Source: Lingula anatina (taxonomy: Eukaryota > Animalia > Brachiopoda). From it: a DNA stretch of 64,000 nucleotides. The stretch spans positions 1,922,001 to 1,986,000 of the forward strand of contig CM120642.1 in assembly GCA_051362555.1 (NCBI GenBank). The letters are read 5' to 3'. Below the pieces are notes generated by a model. The model worked only from the letters and a program-made list of their open reading frames with translations, ran no database searches and was not told the origin of the DNA. Shown one piece after another: positions 51,157 to 63,192 of the stretch. Each line of letters opens with the position of its first letter. Position 1 is the first letter of the stretch. A program made the position numbers and the translations under genes.

Positions 51157-54100
51157 CTATCTATGCATGGAGTCCACTTCCATATTCTCTCCCGACCCAC
51201 TGTCGGTTATCCTTAACGTCTTGACAGGCTGGGGACCGTCTAGTTCGTCCCCTTCAATCTGCGACAACAGCGCATCTTCCTGTTCCGTTGCTTGGATACA
51301 TCTTTTCCTAAACCTTGTATTATGTGAGTGCGTGGGCGTGTGGTGTCGTGTTATGGTGTTATGCTTACGTTTTGCATGCAATGTTGGCCTGCGTGAAGCT
51401 GCCTGTGACTCACCTCCAACACTTACCGGCATCTCGGATTCGATCCTCTCCGCTACCTGGCTACGCCCGTTGGAGTTACTTACCGCTGCGCGCTGGTTGA
51501 CCTCTGCCCTTGGAGCGTTGGCGTTGACTGGTGTGGTACCAAGTTGCAACTCAGCTCTTATTGGGTTGGGTCGTCTCCTGAAAACTCGACGCGCACGTGG
51601 TCTGATCTCATCCCAGGCTAATCCTCTGTCCACAAGTCGTAATTTGTCCCTGTTCACTACACGCGACTTACCTGTTTGCTGATGACTTACCCAGAAGACG
51701 TTCCCTCTTTGTCTGGTCACTGTCCAGACTGGGTCCCATTTTGATCCAAAAGTCACGTTATCAGGTGCGAAAACAATAACTGAATCACCTACCTCAATTT
51801 TGTTAGCGTTCGCCTTAGCGTCGAAACGTCTTTTGTTCTCTAATCTAGCTGCCTGAAGATTATCTCGGGCTGCCGTTAGAGCGTCAGACAGATCACTAAG
51901 CCGACCTTTCAAAGGATGATGGTTATTTGATGCACCTACCAACGTCGACAGTGGCATTCTAGGGTTCCTGCCATAAACTAGGAAAAATGGTGTGTACCCG
52001 GTCACTGAGGAAACACTATTCCTGTAAGCAAACAAAGCATTAGCTATCTGCTCTTCCCATGTGCGAGCATTGTTGTTAACAAGGCGGGCCAATAATCCTT
52101 TGAAACATTGATTAAACTTTTCAACTTTGCCATTACATTTGGGGTTATAAGCTGTGGTCCGCCTATGATCTACACCCATTGTTTGAAGATAATTGCGAAA
52201 TTCCCCCGCGCTAAATTCGCTACCTCTATCTGTGATGATAATTTCTGGTATGCTATGTCTGGGAAAGAATTCTGTAGCTAAAGCCAATTCAACTGCTTTT
52301 GAAGACTTGTCCGGAATGGGATAACTTTCGGCCCAACCCGTTAAATAACAAATAACATTCAAACAATACCTGTTTCCCTTTGGTGATTCTTGAAACGGGC
52401 CAATCAGGTCCATACCCACAACTTGAAAGGGGTAAGCGGGCATTGGCAATTCGCCTAAGGTGGTTCTTTGGGGAGTACTTTTATGGGCTAGACAAGTTGG
52501 ACATCTTTTTACCCATTTAGAGATGTGTTTTCTCATCCCTTTCCAAACATAACACTCCCTGACTCGGCAGAGTGTCTTATACACGGACATGTGTCCAACA
52601 TCTTTATGGCAACGGGCAATGATATTGTTTCTGAACTGTTTGGGTAGCACTAGACGCGGATAATCGGGTTCTGTCGGATTAGGTGGTCTGACCGAGTAAA
52701 GAATCCCTTGAAGAATTTCGTAATCCGAGTCTTCGTTTTGAGCTTCGGCTATCTCCGCCGGAAATTCCGCGATTTGATGTTGTCGTATGTCATCAACATT
52801 TAATCCATCGGCTTCTATCGGGATGTTATGTAAAGCCATGCTATCAGGAAATGACCTCGGATCCACCCAATCCTCTTCCGTGTCGATAATGGCTACTTCC
52901 TCGCGCTCTGATGGGAGTCTACTCAGAAAATCCGCGCACACGTTTTTCGCGCCTTTTATGTATTCAATTTTAGGATTATATTCAGCTAAAATTGCCGCCC
53001 ATCTTTGCAACCTTGCATTTTGCAGTTTAGAAGAAAATAGCGCTTTCAGGGGTTTATGGTCGGTGTAAATGGTCAAATCTGCCCCCCACAAATACGGTCG
53101 CAATTTGTTGACATTGTACATGACCGCGTACGCTTCTTTTTCGATGGTCGAGTACCGTTGTTGACTGGGTGACAATTTGTGGCTGACATACTGAACCACT
53201 CTATCTTTCCCTTGTTCGTCTGTCTGCACCAAAACACCGCCTATCGCGTGATTACAAGCGTCCGTGTAGAGTTTGTACGGCTCGTTTATTCGCGGGTGCG
53301 CCATCACTTTGTTGGACATAAGCAGTTCTTTTAATCTGTCGAAACTTCTCTGATGCTCTTCCCTCCACTCAAATCGCTCGTTTTTCTTCGTTAGTTTGTA
53401 CAATGGGGCTGCTACTCTTGCAAAATCAGGGACCGTACGCGCATAATAGTTACATGTGCCTAAAAAGGACCTAACATCTTTCGCTTTTCGCGGCGTCGGC
53501 ATGTTTTTAATTGGTTGTAATTTGTCGGGATTGCTGCGAATCCCGTCTTTGCTTATGATGTAACCGAGGAGATGTACTTCACTTTTGGCAAATTCGCATT
53601 TCTTTGGATGGATTTTGAGGTTAGCTTCGCGGAATCTTTCTAACACCTGACGCACATGTTCGACATGTTCCTCCATTGTTTTCGAGAAAATCACGCAGTC
53701 GTCAATGTAACAGTACACCGACTTCCCAATAAGGTCGTTTAAAACGCGATCTAACAGCTTCTGGTAGTGATTAGGTCCGTTAACCAAACCAAACGGGACA
53801 CGTTTGTATTCAAATAAGCCTTTGTGACAAATGAAAGCGGTTTTGTGCATATCTGCCTCGTCTAACGTGCACTGGTGAAACCCCTGTTTCAGGTCCAGGA
53901 CGCTAAAATACGCCGCTCCTCCCATGTTGTCAAAAATGTCGCTGATAAGTGGCAACGGATACCTATCGACCTTTGTTATCTCGTTTACTTTGCGATAATC
54001 GACGCAAAATCTCATGGAACCGTCTGATTTCGGCGTAAGAAGTACCGGGGAACTCCACTGACTCTGACTCGGCCTTATCACGTCATTATCGAGCAAATTT

Positions 54101-54762
54101 TGTATTTCCTTTTCTATGAGTTCTCTTTTTGCCAGCGGTGCGCGATAAGCTCGTTGTTGAATGGGTCTATTGTCTCCGGTGTCGATAATCATTGGCAACA
54201 GGTCGCATTTGCCTAGGGGATTCTCGGTCGAACTAAATACGTCGCGGTATTCGTTGATCATCGCGTCAATATCGTCATTTCCCGATGACGGTGGCAACTG
54301 AACTATTTCCGCGATCAGACCTGGCCGTCCATAGTCGGTCAAGGGCCATTCTTTGTCGAAGAAGACCATTGTCTTTTGTACGCAATTTATTTCCGCATTC
54401 CCGCTCTTTAAAATATCGATCCCCAGTATCATTTCATGCCCGATGTTCGCGATCACCACGACCTCAAAAATACCGGCCCCGTCAATTTTTATTCTTGCCT
54501 TGCCTTTGACCTCGAGTTTCTCTCCCGACACACTGTAAATTTCATTGGTCTTCTCTAAAAAACACGTTCTACCCGTTGCTTTGCAGATTTTCAAAAACAT
54601 GTCTAAACGCAGGCAACTACAACTGGCACCACTGTCAATCAAGCTTTTACACTGCACTCCGTTAACGGATAGTGCTACGCCTAATCTATAACTCTGTGGT
54701 CTGGTCATAGCGCCTGCGGTAACTAGTTTAAATGATTCCTTTGACGTTTTAATTGATAACAT
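51157..54762 (-). CDS. pol: Gypsy Pol polyprotein (PR-RT-RNase H-integrase), expressed as a gag-pol fusion
   Basis: Protease LIDSGAS; RT CVDYRK, LDLKQGFHQ, PFGL, YIDD; RNase H TDAC, EKEA, TDHKPL, ADFLSR; integrase H-H-C-C zinc motif, MDLIGP, TDRGSEF, NGKVEK. Ty3/Gypsy domain order; uninterrupted 1201-codon ORF. Confidence 0.97.
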   Translation of the reverse strand: MLSIKTSKESFKLVTAGAMTRPQSYRLGVALSVNGVQCKSLIDSGASCSCLRLDMFLKICKATGRTCFLEKTNEIYSVSGEKLEVKGKARIKIDGAGIFEVVVIANIGHEMILGIDILKSGNAEINCVQKTMVFFDKEWPLTDYGRPGLIAEIVQLPPSSGNDDIDAMINEYRDVFSSTENPLGKCDLLPMIIDTGDNRPIQQRAYRAPLAKRELIEKEIQNLLDNDVIRPSQSQWSSPVLLTPKSDGSMRFCVDYRKVNEITKVDRYPLPLISDIFDNMGGAAYFSVLDLKQGFHQCTLDEADMHKTAFICHKGLFEYKRVPFGLVNGPNHYQKLLDRVLNDLIGKSVYCYIDDCVIFSKTMEEHVEHVRQVLERFREANLKIHPKKCEFAKSEVHLLGYIISKDGIRSNPDKLQPIKNMPTPRKAKDVRSFLGTCNYYARTVPDFARVAAPLYKLTKKNERFEWREEHQRSFDRLKELLMSNKVMAHPRINEPYKLYTDACNHAIGGVLVQTDEQGKDRVVQYVSHKLSPSQQRYSTIEKEAYAVMYNVNKLRPYLWGADLTIYTDHKPLKALFSSKLQNARLQRWAAILAEYNPKIEYIKGAKNVCADFLSRLPSEREEVAIIDTEEDWVDPRSFPDSMALHNIPIEADGLNVDDIRQHQIAEFPAEIAEAQNEDSDYEILQGILYSVRPPNPTEPDYPRLVLPKQFRNNIIARCHKDVGHMSVYKTLCRVRECYVWKGMRKHISKWVKRCPTCLAHKSTPQRTTLGELPMPAYPFQVVGMDLIGPFQESPKGNRYCLNVICYLTGWAESYPIPDKSSKAVELALATEFFPRHSIPEIIITDRGSEFSAGEFRNYLQTMGVDHRRTTAYNPKCNGKVEKFNQCFKGLLARLVNNNARTWEEQIANALFAYRNSVSSVTGYTPFFLVYGRNPRMPLSTLVGASNNHHPLKGRLSDLSDALTAARDNLQAARLENKRRFDAKANANKIEVGDSVIVFAPDNVTFGSKWDPVWTVTRQRGNVFWVSHQQTGKSRVVNRDKLRLVDRGLAWDEIRPRARRVFRRRPNPIRAELQLGTTPVNANAPRAEVNQRAAVSNSNGRSQVAERIESEMPVSVGGESQAASRRPTLHAKRKHNTITRHHTPTHSHNTRFRKRCIQATEQEDALLSQIEGDELDGPQPVKTLRITDSGSGENMEVDSMHR

Positions 54763-55802
54763 TCCGCTTTTTTATGCCCCGGTTTGTTGCAGTGAAAACA
54801 TAATAACGTACCGTCTTCGCGCCAACCTGCAATATCTCGGTAAGCCCGCGGTGAACCGTAACCTCTCTGTTTACGCGATTGTTGGTGTGGCTTCTGTATA
54901 CGATTTCGCGCCGTAGGAGTGTGGTCTGGAGAGTTGTACACGTGCGTTTCCACTTTTGCGATACGCGTTTGCATGCGCTCCTGCGCTTTAAGTGCTTGTT
55001 GTATGCTTTTGGAGGTCTCTTGTAATTGGGATAAAAGTAATGCCGTATCTTTATTAATCGCGTTCATAGAAGATATATCCATATCTTCCTCTACCCTTGG
55101 TGAAACAACCGTCGCGGCAAATTTGTTTTGTGCGATGACGTTAGTCTGCGGCGCGTGATGACCTTGCGTGGTCATTTGTCGAAAAATTTCTCTCCCGCAA
55201 TTTTCGTTTTCAGTCCACTGAATGGCTGCCTCCAGAGTTTCAGGTCGACCCCTGACTATTAATTCCTCAGCCAATCTCTGATCCAACAACCCGCGCGTAT
55301 ATGCTCTCACGATAAATCTCTCCGTATCCGCGCCACGTGGAGCGGCGTACGCGCGGCTTGCCGCCTCCCTAAACCTTCTATTAAATTCCAGCAACGTCTC
55401 GAACGATGCTTGTCGTAAAACCTCCAATTCCGATTTAAGGCGCTCGGATTCATTCGCCGATAAGAAAGATCGTTGTATGTGTTCTTTAATTACTCTCCAC
55501 GGGGTTTCTAGCCTTGCCGGCTGCGTTTGTAAAAACCTTTCTATCTCCCTCCTAAGGGCCCCCCTTGACGTTTTCGTTACCAATTTAACTGCTCCCCCGA
55601 CAATATCATGTAAAAAAGCATACATTACCTCTAGGTCGTCTAAGTACGACCTTACCTCCGACACCACTGCTCCGTCGCAGACTGTAATACCTTTAGCCGC
55701 CTCTTCTATTCTCCTCTCTTTGATAGAACGCACATGCCCTCCTTGAATGTCCTGTGCAATTATTTGCAGCGTCTCCACGAGTTGCTGCATCCCCTCGGCC
55801 AT
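54723..55802 (-). CDS. gag: Gypsy Gag with CCHC zinc knuckle
   Basis: 359-aa ORF after the PBS; LRQ..ETLLEFNRRF motif; CFHCNKPGHKKAEC knuckle; overlaps pol in the -1 frame. Confidence 0.93.
   Translation of the reverse strand: MAEGMQQLVETLQIIAQDIQGGHVRSIKERRIEEAAKGITVCDGAVVSEVRSYLDDLEVMYAFLHDIVGGAVKLVTKTSRGALRREIERFLQTQPARLETPWRVIKEHIQRSFLSANESERLKSELEVLRQASFETLLEFNRRFREAASRAYAAPRGADTERFIVRAYTRGLLDQRLAEELIVRGRPETLEAAIQWTENENCGREIFRQMTTQGHHAPQTNVIAQNKFAATVVSPRVEEDMDISSMNAINKDTALLLSQLQETSKSIQQALKAQERMQTRIAKVETHVYNSPDHTPTARNRIQKPHQQSRKQRGYGSPRAYRDIAGWREDGTLLCFHCNKPGHKKAECYQLKRQRNHLN
54726..54732 (-). promoter_or_regulatory. -1 ribosomal frameshift slippery heptamer T TTA AAC
   Basis: X XXY YYZ heptamer in the gag frame immediately before the gag TAG; a -1 slip enters the pol frame (FKLVTA). 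Confidence 0.75.
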
Positions 55803-55867
55803 TGTGTAAGCTCAGATATTCCTCTTGCGAAACGTAAAAATTTTAACTGGCGAGCGACGCCAAAACG

Positions 55868-56290
55868 TGTCCGGAACCGCGCAAATTTAGATACAAACGT
55901 AATTTAGAATTAGGCTCGAAATACGGACACCGTTGGACACTTTTAGTTAGGATAACGCTCTAGTATGACCTTCCAGATTCGCGGTCGAAATCGTTACGTC
56001 TAAACGCTACAGAGGAAATCCACACTGACAAAAATGACCAGTTTCAATCGTTTAATGTGAACTCGTTGCCTGCTCAGGTACATTCTGACTCTCTATTCAA
56101 TATTACAACCTTTAGTACGTACTCCAGCCAATGGCTTCATACACTTCCTTATCACTGGCTTCTTAATGCGACAGGTAAACAAGCCCTACTCAGCCTCTTC
56201 AAAATTGACACAACGTATTATAGAGAATACAATAAAAGTTATGACTTGAAATTATTGACATCGTCTATGAAATATTAAATGTCTCCGACA
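55868..56290 (-). repeat. 5' LTR
   Basis: Direct repeat of 48712-49134, adjacent to the PBS candidate and gag. Confidence 0.95.
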
Positions 56291-57412
56291 AGTGCAAGGA
56301 ATCTGTTCATCTTGACATGAAGGGACTTGATCTATGACCTATGACGTGACTATTTCTGCAGCCGCAATATAGGTTACACTAATACAGGGTTACTTTTACA
56401 ATGTTAAATCGAACCGTGCTCGCATTGATAGGTCTTCTTCAAATAACGGACAGAAGCTTTAACATATGTGGAAGTTATTATTACAAATGTAAAAAAATAC
56501 CACATGGAAATGTCTTTTGGAGTTCCTTTTCTGTCCGTCTTACGATGCGGTGTAGGGCTCTTCCTGGGCCGGGATGATCCCATTTTTACAGAGAATTTAT
56601 CATCGATACTTATAAATAACCATGAATGAAATCAGATTTCTTATGGTGCTATTATGGGCCCTTTCAGAACAAGTTGATCCACGGACTTAGTTATCCGAGA
56701 TCAAATATGGTCGACCCAGTTAAAAACAATGCCGCATAATCCCCTCATGGACTCCCCGCCTCCCTCACGCCCCGTCCTTGGAGGGACACAAACGTTTAAT
56801 CCCCACTTCGATAAGGGCACAATTCGTTATTATGCTGATGTTTGCCTTGTTCCCTACGCCTGATAATGGAATTACGTGGTATTTATTTCCATGGGCTGAT
56901 GATGGTTATCAGCAATAGCCAAGACCCAATTAGTGGCTAAGATAATCGTTAAGACGGGGGCCCTGTGGTCGATCACCAGTTTAATTGACAGTGTGGCGAA
57001 GTGCGGGGAAATGCGATGGCTATGCCCAGGGGCGGATCCAGGATTATTTAAAGGGGGGTCCGCAGATGCGAAGCCGACCCCCCCATCCCCCTTGGCGTGG
57101 GTATTTTAGAGATTCGGCTAGTCAAAATTCTAATTTCAAGAGGAGACCAGATATCGAAAGGGGGGGGGGGGGGTTAGTGGTTGCTATAAACAATAAAAGA
57201 ATAAGAGAGGCCAGGCATATTCCTCAAGTAGTCTAAAGTGTTTTGTCGGGTCAGAATATGCTGAAGCTTCCATTATACGATAAAGCACACTACTATGCGG
57301 GTTACAGATTTATTGTAAAGCATTTCATAGGTATACTGGTGATTTTGAGGAGTAAAAGTGTTAGCTGGCCTTTAAATCCTTTGATCTCCTAAAATACAAA
57401 AGAAACTACTGC

Positions 57413-59406
57413 TCATTCCCCGTATATATCATTTTCAGTCATCTCTATTTCGTCAATGGTATCGTCTGGATTTCCTTCATGCTGTTGACGATATTTTTTC
57501 TTTTTTGTCTTGTCTACTTTTCCATAAAGTTGGGAAATGTCGTCTTCACTTAAAGCGCTGTCAGTGACTTTATTGCCACTGCCATTGTCGCTGGACGGAG
57601 GCTCACGTCCCATGCCTTCGGTAGCGTTTATTGACGTAAACTGAGGAGCAACGTTGACGTCATCCATAGTAGAGTAGGTGCCAAAACTTCGCCCGAAATC
57701 TGCGTTTAAATCTGCTCCATCATCGCGGTCAATACTTGAGTAAGTTCCGCTTCCTATCATGTTGCTGTTTCTGTCTGAAACTATATGCCCAGCACCGACG
57801 CCATTTGTGCCTCCTACCACGATGTTTTCATTCGTGACGTTGTCAGTTTCAGCAGATCCTGTTTGTGCTTGTCCGCCATGTTTTGCCTGTTTTGAATCGT
57901 AAGCTGCCCTAGTTACCAATCCCTTGTAATAAGGACGAGTTTCTCTTTTCGGTGTCTGGGAATCCAGACCGTCTTCTGTCGCAACATGGTCATAGTAAGA
58001 CCCAGCTGCCTCGTCGGTATATTGAACAGAGGCCTTGGTGATATGTGTATTAGTCCTTCTTTTCCTGAATTAAATGAGATTTTGTTAAACACCTGCTTAG
58101 ACCAAAGATAATGTGAAGTTTCATTGGGTTAAAATGTTATCTAAACATATGACATTTGAAACTGTTATAAATTATGCCTCCATGCTGCCAATCGAATTCT
58201 TTTAAAAAATACCACAGAAGTCATGTTATAAGGATAAGACCGACAGGTCCTATCAAAATTCACACCATAGCGAATTTCGAAGATTCGATGGTAATATTAA
58301 ACTGACTTAAGTCTGATTACTGGAATTATAACGTGCACAGGTAATCCTTGAGACAAATGGGCTTTCTTACCTCCTCCACCAAAAGCCGACGCCGACAATT
58401 ACCAAGATGATCACTACTGAACACCCTCCTACAGCAATACCTGCTATCATCCCTGAAAAAAATATAGATACATATATGGTTGTCTCTTTCAGAAGTATTT
58501 CACAAAAATATTTTACAGAAATACTTTCTAATACGTTAAATACTTTTTTCTATTCAAATATTTAGTAATGCCTCTTAAGGTTATGTAAATATATAAAGTG
58601 CCTGCACTTTTAATTTTATTTTATCAGAGGTGAAAATAAAAGCTAAATGTAAAAATTCAGTTTGCTCGAGTCAATTTTGATAAAGTGTAATTATCTAGAT
58701 ACTCATCTGCATGCACCACTGAGGGACTGCAGTGATATGGGTAATAGTTGTTTAGCTATCCATTTGATGTATTGGGTTATTAACAATTTAAAAAAATTCA
58801 CATTAAACAATAATCGTACAATGAAATCAGTCTGATTATGATAAAGATCAGAGGAATTTATGACTTTATAAATACGCTTACCAGGAGACATTGGTTTACC
58901 TGTATACCTACCAGTATGGGGCACTTCAGTACCTAAAATGGGAAAGGAGCATTAAAAACATGAGGCATTGGATATGCATGTTACATATCTGGTATACAAA
59001 AGGGTGTGAGATTTTCCGTTATAACCTCCAGTTCAATATGTTATCTGTAGATGTCCTTGCACGTTGAAAACACTATTTAAATATCCCATTTAAATTCTTT
59101 TTATGGCAATATGATTATTTAATATAATTCACTAACTCGTAAAGTTATAAAACATATTTACGCCACCAGTACTTCTAATGTTACTGTTTGTTTATATAAG
59201 AAAGAATAAATGAATAATATGATATGATATGGTTAATAAACAGCTATCAAAATATACAGGTTAAGAAAAGCAAAAGTCATATGTTTCGTATGTTTTTTTT
59301 TAAAGAAACTTCACAAATTAAGAGCTAAAATCTTAAAAAGTGAAAAAACGTGCACGTAATCTTCAACTTTTACCAAAGTCACTTTCAGATGCACACGTTC
59401 GATAAG

Positions 59407-59456
<50 letters not shown>

Positions 59457-62400
59457 GTGGTGGTGGTGGTAATTGAATGAGATTTAAAAATATTAAGAGA
59501 GAAATAGCAAACAAAATTGTGAAAGTCTTAAGAAGAAATAGACATGGTATTGATCAAGGGCTGTAGGCCTATATTTATTAAGCTCAGGAGATCTTTTGAT
59601 GAAAATTATTATTATTATTCTCATTTTGTATTTTTTAGTTAGACGAGCGCTTTTGCCAAAGCTTGGAACAAACGTAAGTGGGAAAAGCTGGGGAGAATAT
59701 TTGTACACGTTGTAGGCCATGAATGTGATAAAATGTGACAAAGGCGTGAATGTAATTAAATAGCCTCACGTATGTCAGTGCTTCCTCTCACAGTGACGGT
59801 CTCTGTTATTGCTGACGTCACATTTACGTCATCGGTCATAGAATGGGTGTTACTGTAGAGCCATCTGTAACACAGGACACAAACCATTTTAGAAAAAAGG
59901 AGACTACTACTTTTTACGAACAACGTGTATTGTTTTACTGTATTGCGTTCATTTTTAAACAAAATTTAATTAGAGATAAAAAGCCGAACACGCCAGTACC
60001 TGTTATTGTTCTGTAATCTGTTGTTGGATTTAAAGTCACGATCTTCGTGGTAGGCCCACTTTTCATGGGAGCATCTATATAGGAAAGTGGTAAAAAGTTC
60101 TTAAAAAGAGGCTCGTTGAGGGATGTGGAATCCACAAATCTTTTAAGAATCAACAGAGGACTGAGGCAACTTTTAAGTGAATTTGGTAGTTTTTAAACTT
60201 GAAACGACTTGGTTTTAGTCAGTGTTTTAGTCAGTGTTTTATTCATAAAATGATTAAAGAGGCAAAGGATAATTTCCTAACCCTCTATCCTATACATGTA
60301 GTAGGGGAGTAGTTGTCAATGAAGGGACATTAGTAGTATAGCAAGGTAATTTGCATCAAGATTTACCCTGTACGTAATTGTGTATGTAGAGGGAATTTTA
60401 AATGAAACTAATAACAAGAACGTTTCAGAAGCTTCATTTTAAAAAAATTAATTCAATTCAGTTGTCTTTCATTACCTGATGTAACCGGAGGACCTCCTTT
60501 CGCGGACGTAGTAGTTGACCAAATTGTTAGGTCTGAAATAAATAGTATGTAATAGATAGACCCCGAGTCAGCGAGGGTTATGTGGCATGCACGAGTGCGT
60601 AGCACGAGTGGATGTCACATAACCCTCGCTGACGAGGGGTCTATCTTATTTAGACCACGGGTCCATGAACGGGTTATAACGCATTCATGCGAGACGTGCG
60701 GTTATGCGAGTTACACCACGTCTGAGTCTTTTGTTCTTCACTTCCACCGTGGTCTAATAAATATATAAATCAAAAATCAGAATGTTTTAAAACTAGGGAA
60801 ATTTGTAAATCACAAAACTACTCTGGTGATGAATTCCATCGCTTAAAGGGATACTTTCTTCATGTAATTCAAAATTACACAATAAATACATTGTAAACAA
60901 CACATAGTGGTATAATAAATTCCATTTTACCACCGAAACTGCGGTTATAGCAATAATTCTGAAATCCATCCTTGCCATCGGACCACGTGGACTTTCGTTA
61001 ATAGCTTTCTTTACATGTCAGTGAATCAGTTTTTCGTGATAGCTAATCGATAGAAAAGCATACGCTTCCTTTATCTTTTCGCCAGTGTTTCAAATGCCGA
61101 TAACAGTTTTCGTTTGTTTTTCTAACTGCATTTTTTGCATTTCTCTTAGATCTTGGGTGAATATATATTTTAGCAATATAGACTGCCTTACCTAGTGGAT
61201 ATTCACAGATAAATGGCAGTTTCTCGCTGCATTTTTTCATCACCCAGCTTCTGGTGACGTCACTTGCAGCTCCTTCCAGTGCAAGACACGTTGGTCCTAC
61301 GTGATGTGGTGGATACATGGTCGGTCTCCAAAACATCAGGTTAATGGGATATTCTATAATAATATCAAATATATATTCGTATTATACATATTATCCTCAT
61401 TAATAATTTTAAATTTGCAAGTGACTTAAATGTGAACTTTTAAAACTAACGGGGAAATAGTAATTGACGATACTACAATTATGTATGCATAACCTCTTGA
61501 ATTCTTCGAAACTGTTTCTATCGGAAATACAAAAAAAATTATAATAAATAAATAAATAAAAGAAAAAAATGACGTCCAATAATCAGTTTTTGAAAAAGTA
61601 ATGTCAACAAGCACATGGACTTTATATGTTCTGTTCAAGGGCGACGCTTATCAAAAGGTCGCTACAGTTTTGTTTAGTCGAAGGCGCAAATGAACATGTT
61701 TTATTGCTTTTTTAATATAGAAAATATAATGGACTGATAGTCCATGCCAGTACCAAATTGATAAACAACTTCAGTCAAATTTGGCTAAGGCCTGTTTCGT
61801 ATCAAATTAATCCCTTTAAGTACATTTGGACAACTTGAATAAACATGTTATTCAATTACCATCAACATACTGGGTTTAAAAAGATGTTTGGAAAAAAGCA
61901 ATGAAATCAACTCAATAAAATAGTACGTATACCGTCTAAAGACAGAAAATTATTAGCTTAGTTCCAACAATCCCTTTTTAAAATTTTAAATAGCTCCACA
62001 CTGACAGTCCTAAAACTTCCCTTACCGTCCACCCATCTCCATTGACTGTGAACCAATCCAATCCAATAATACCGGGGCCCACTGTTATTGTTTAGTCTAT
62101 TTTCCAAGTTTTTCTGCACTGTGTCGTTGTCTATCTTCAGAAGTTTTCCTCCAGCTTCTTTGCATAACCTATGACCTTCAAGCCAGGTCACCATTTCAGA
62201 TTGGATACTGATAAAAACACATGCGCCACCCTTTATATCTGTCCATCTGCTGTTGTTTTGAATCCACTGGAAACTATGATGACCTTTACATAATTCGCTT
62301 TTCTGGTCTGGAAATGTAGGACTTAGTCTGTATGTAAAGCAGAGTATTTGCACTTTCAAGAAAGAAACATTCTGTTTTAACGTAAAAAGTTAATAAATCA

Positions 62401-63192
62401 ATAAAGTTTATATGAATAAATATACAGAGTTAACAATACTGATATACCATTGGCTTTTTCAGTCTATTTTTCTTGCATTATATAAACAGAAGTTTCACGT
62501 TCAAGCACATATGTGGACTTAAAACTAAATATCGCAGTTCTCTTTTGCTTCTAATTAAGTATCCCAGGACGGCAGCTTTACCTGCTTCACAGATGACACC
62601 AGATTCCTGTGTCTGTAAGTATTCTCTGTCCACCCAAGGGAACTTGACTTGGGTGTTATCAACCCTCATTAGAGCTACTGCAGGCTGGAACTTTTGTCCA
62701 TGATATGTATCTGGTTGTTGTGCTATACCAGAAGATTGACCTCTCCAGTGCGTATATGTTGTTGCTGAAAAAGAGATGCGTTTACACTGCCGTTAAATGC
62801 CATCACTACAAGTGCTTGTGGCAGGGTGGGGGATTTACTTGATCAGTGTCTTGGATAAGGGTACACCCAAATGCATGTTTATTGCAGAATCTAGTGCGTG
62901 TGAAGAATGTGCATGGTACCGCGGAGAGAAAGAGAGAGGGGGGTCATGACAATCAATTTCCTAAACATACCATGTAACGTTCCCTCTTGATCTATCCACA
63001 TCCAGTCTGTTAAATTCACCTCCTTGCCACCCAGCCAAACCTCTGATGATGTCAGTTTATGTAGAAATATTTGGGTGTCATTGTCTTTAACCACAGCCAG
63101 TCTACCGTTGCAAGTATTCTTACAATGTTCCATGGCGCTCTGCCACATCGTTGCGTTAGTGTTCACAAAGTAACATTTTCCATTATGATAAC
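57413..63192 (-). CDS. Two-CTLD type I receptor, copy 3 (5'-partial; 1-nt deletion in a stalk exon)
   Basis: Exons 62971-63192, 62582-62764, 62026-62307, 61192-61353, 60476-60532, 60000-60074, 59770-59864 (95 nt versus 96 in copies 1 and 2), 58882-58932, 58371-58452 (TM), 57413-58064. The signal-peptide exon is expected beyond position 64000. Confidence 0.8.
59408..59456. repeat. (ATT)n microsatellite
   Basis: Expanded relative to the short ATT runs at the same intron position in copies 1 and 2. Confidence 0.95.
60553..60760. mobile_element. Double-inverted-repeat (foldback) insertion specific to copy 3
   Basis: ~95-bp near-perfect hairpin 60553-60646 centred on CACGAGTGCGTAGCACGAGTG, followed by a second inverted pair TAGACCACGG / CCGTGGTCTA. 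Confidence 0.6.

Larger units (their letters stand above)
48712..56290 (-). mobile_element. Full-length Ty3/Gypsy LTR retrotransposon (7579 bp), recent insertion
   Basis: 423-bp TG..CA LTRs at 48712-49134 and 55868-56290, with only two mismatches seen. 4-bp TSD AGTG, with an empty site in the paralogous region at ~40447. PPT GGGAAAGGGAGGAATA at 49135-49150; TGG-starting PBS candidate at ~55846-55862. Confidence 0.97.
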
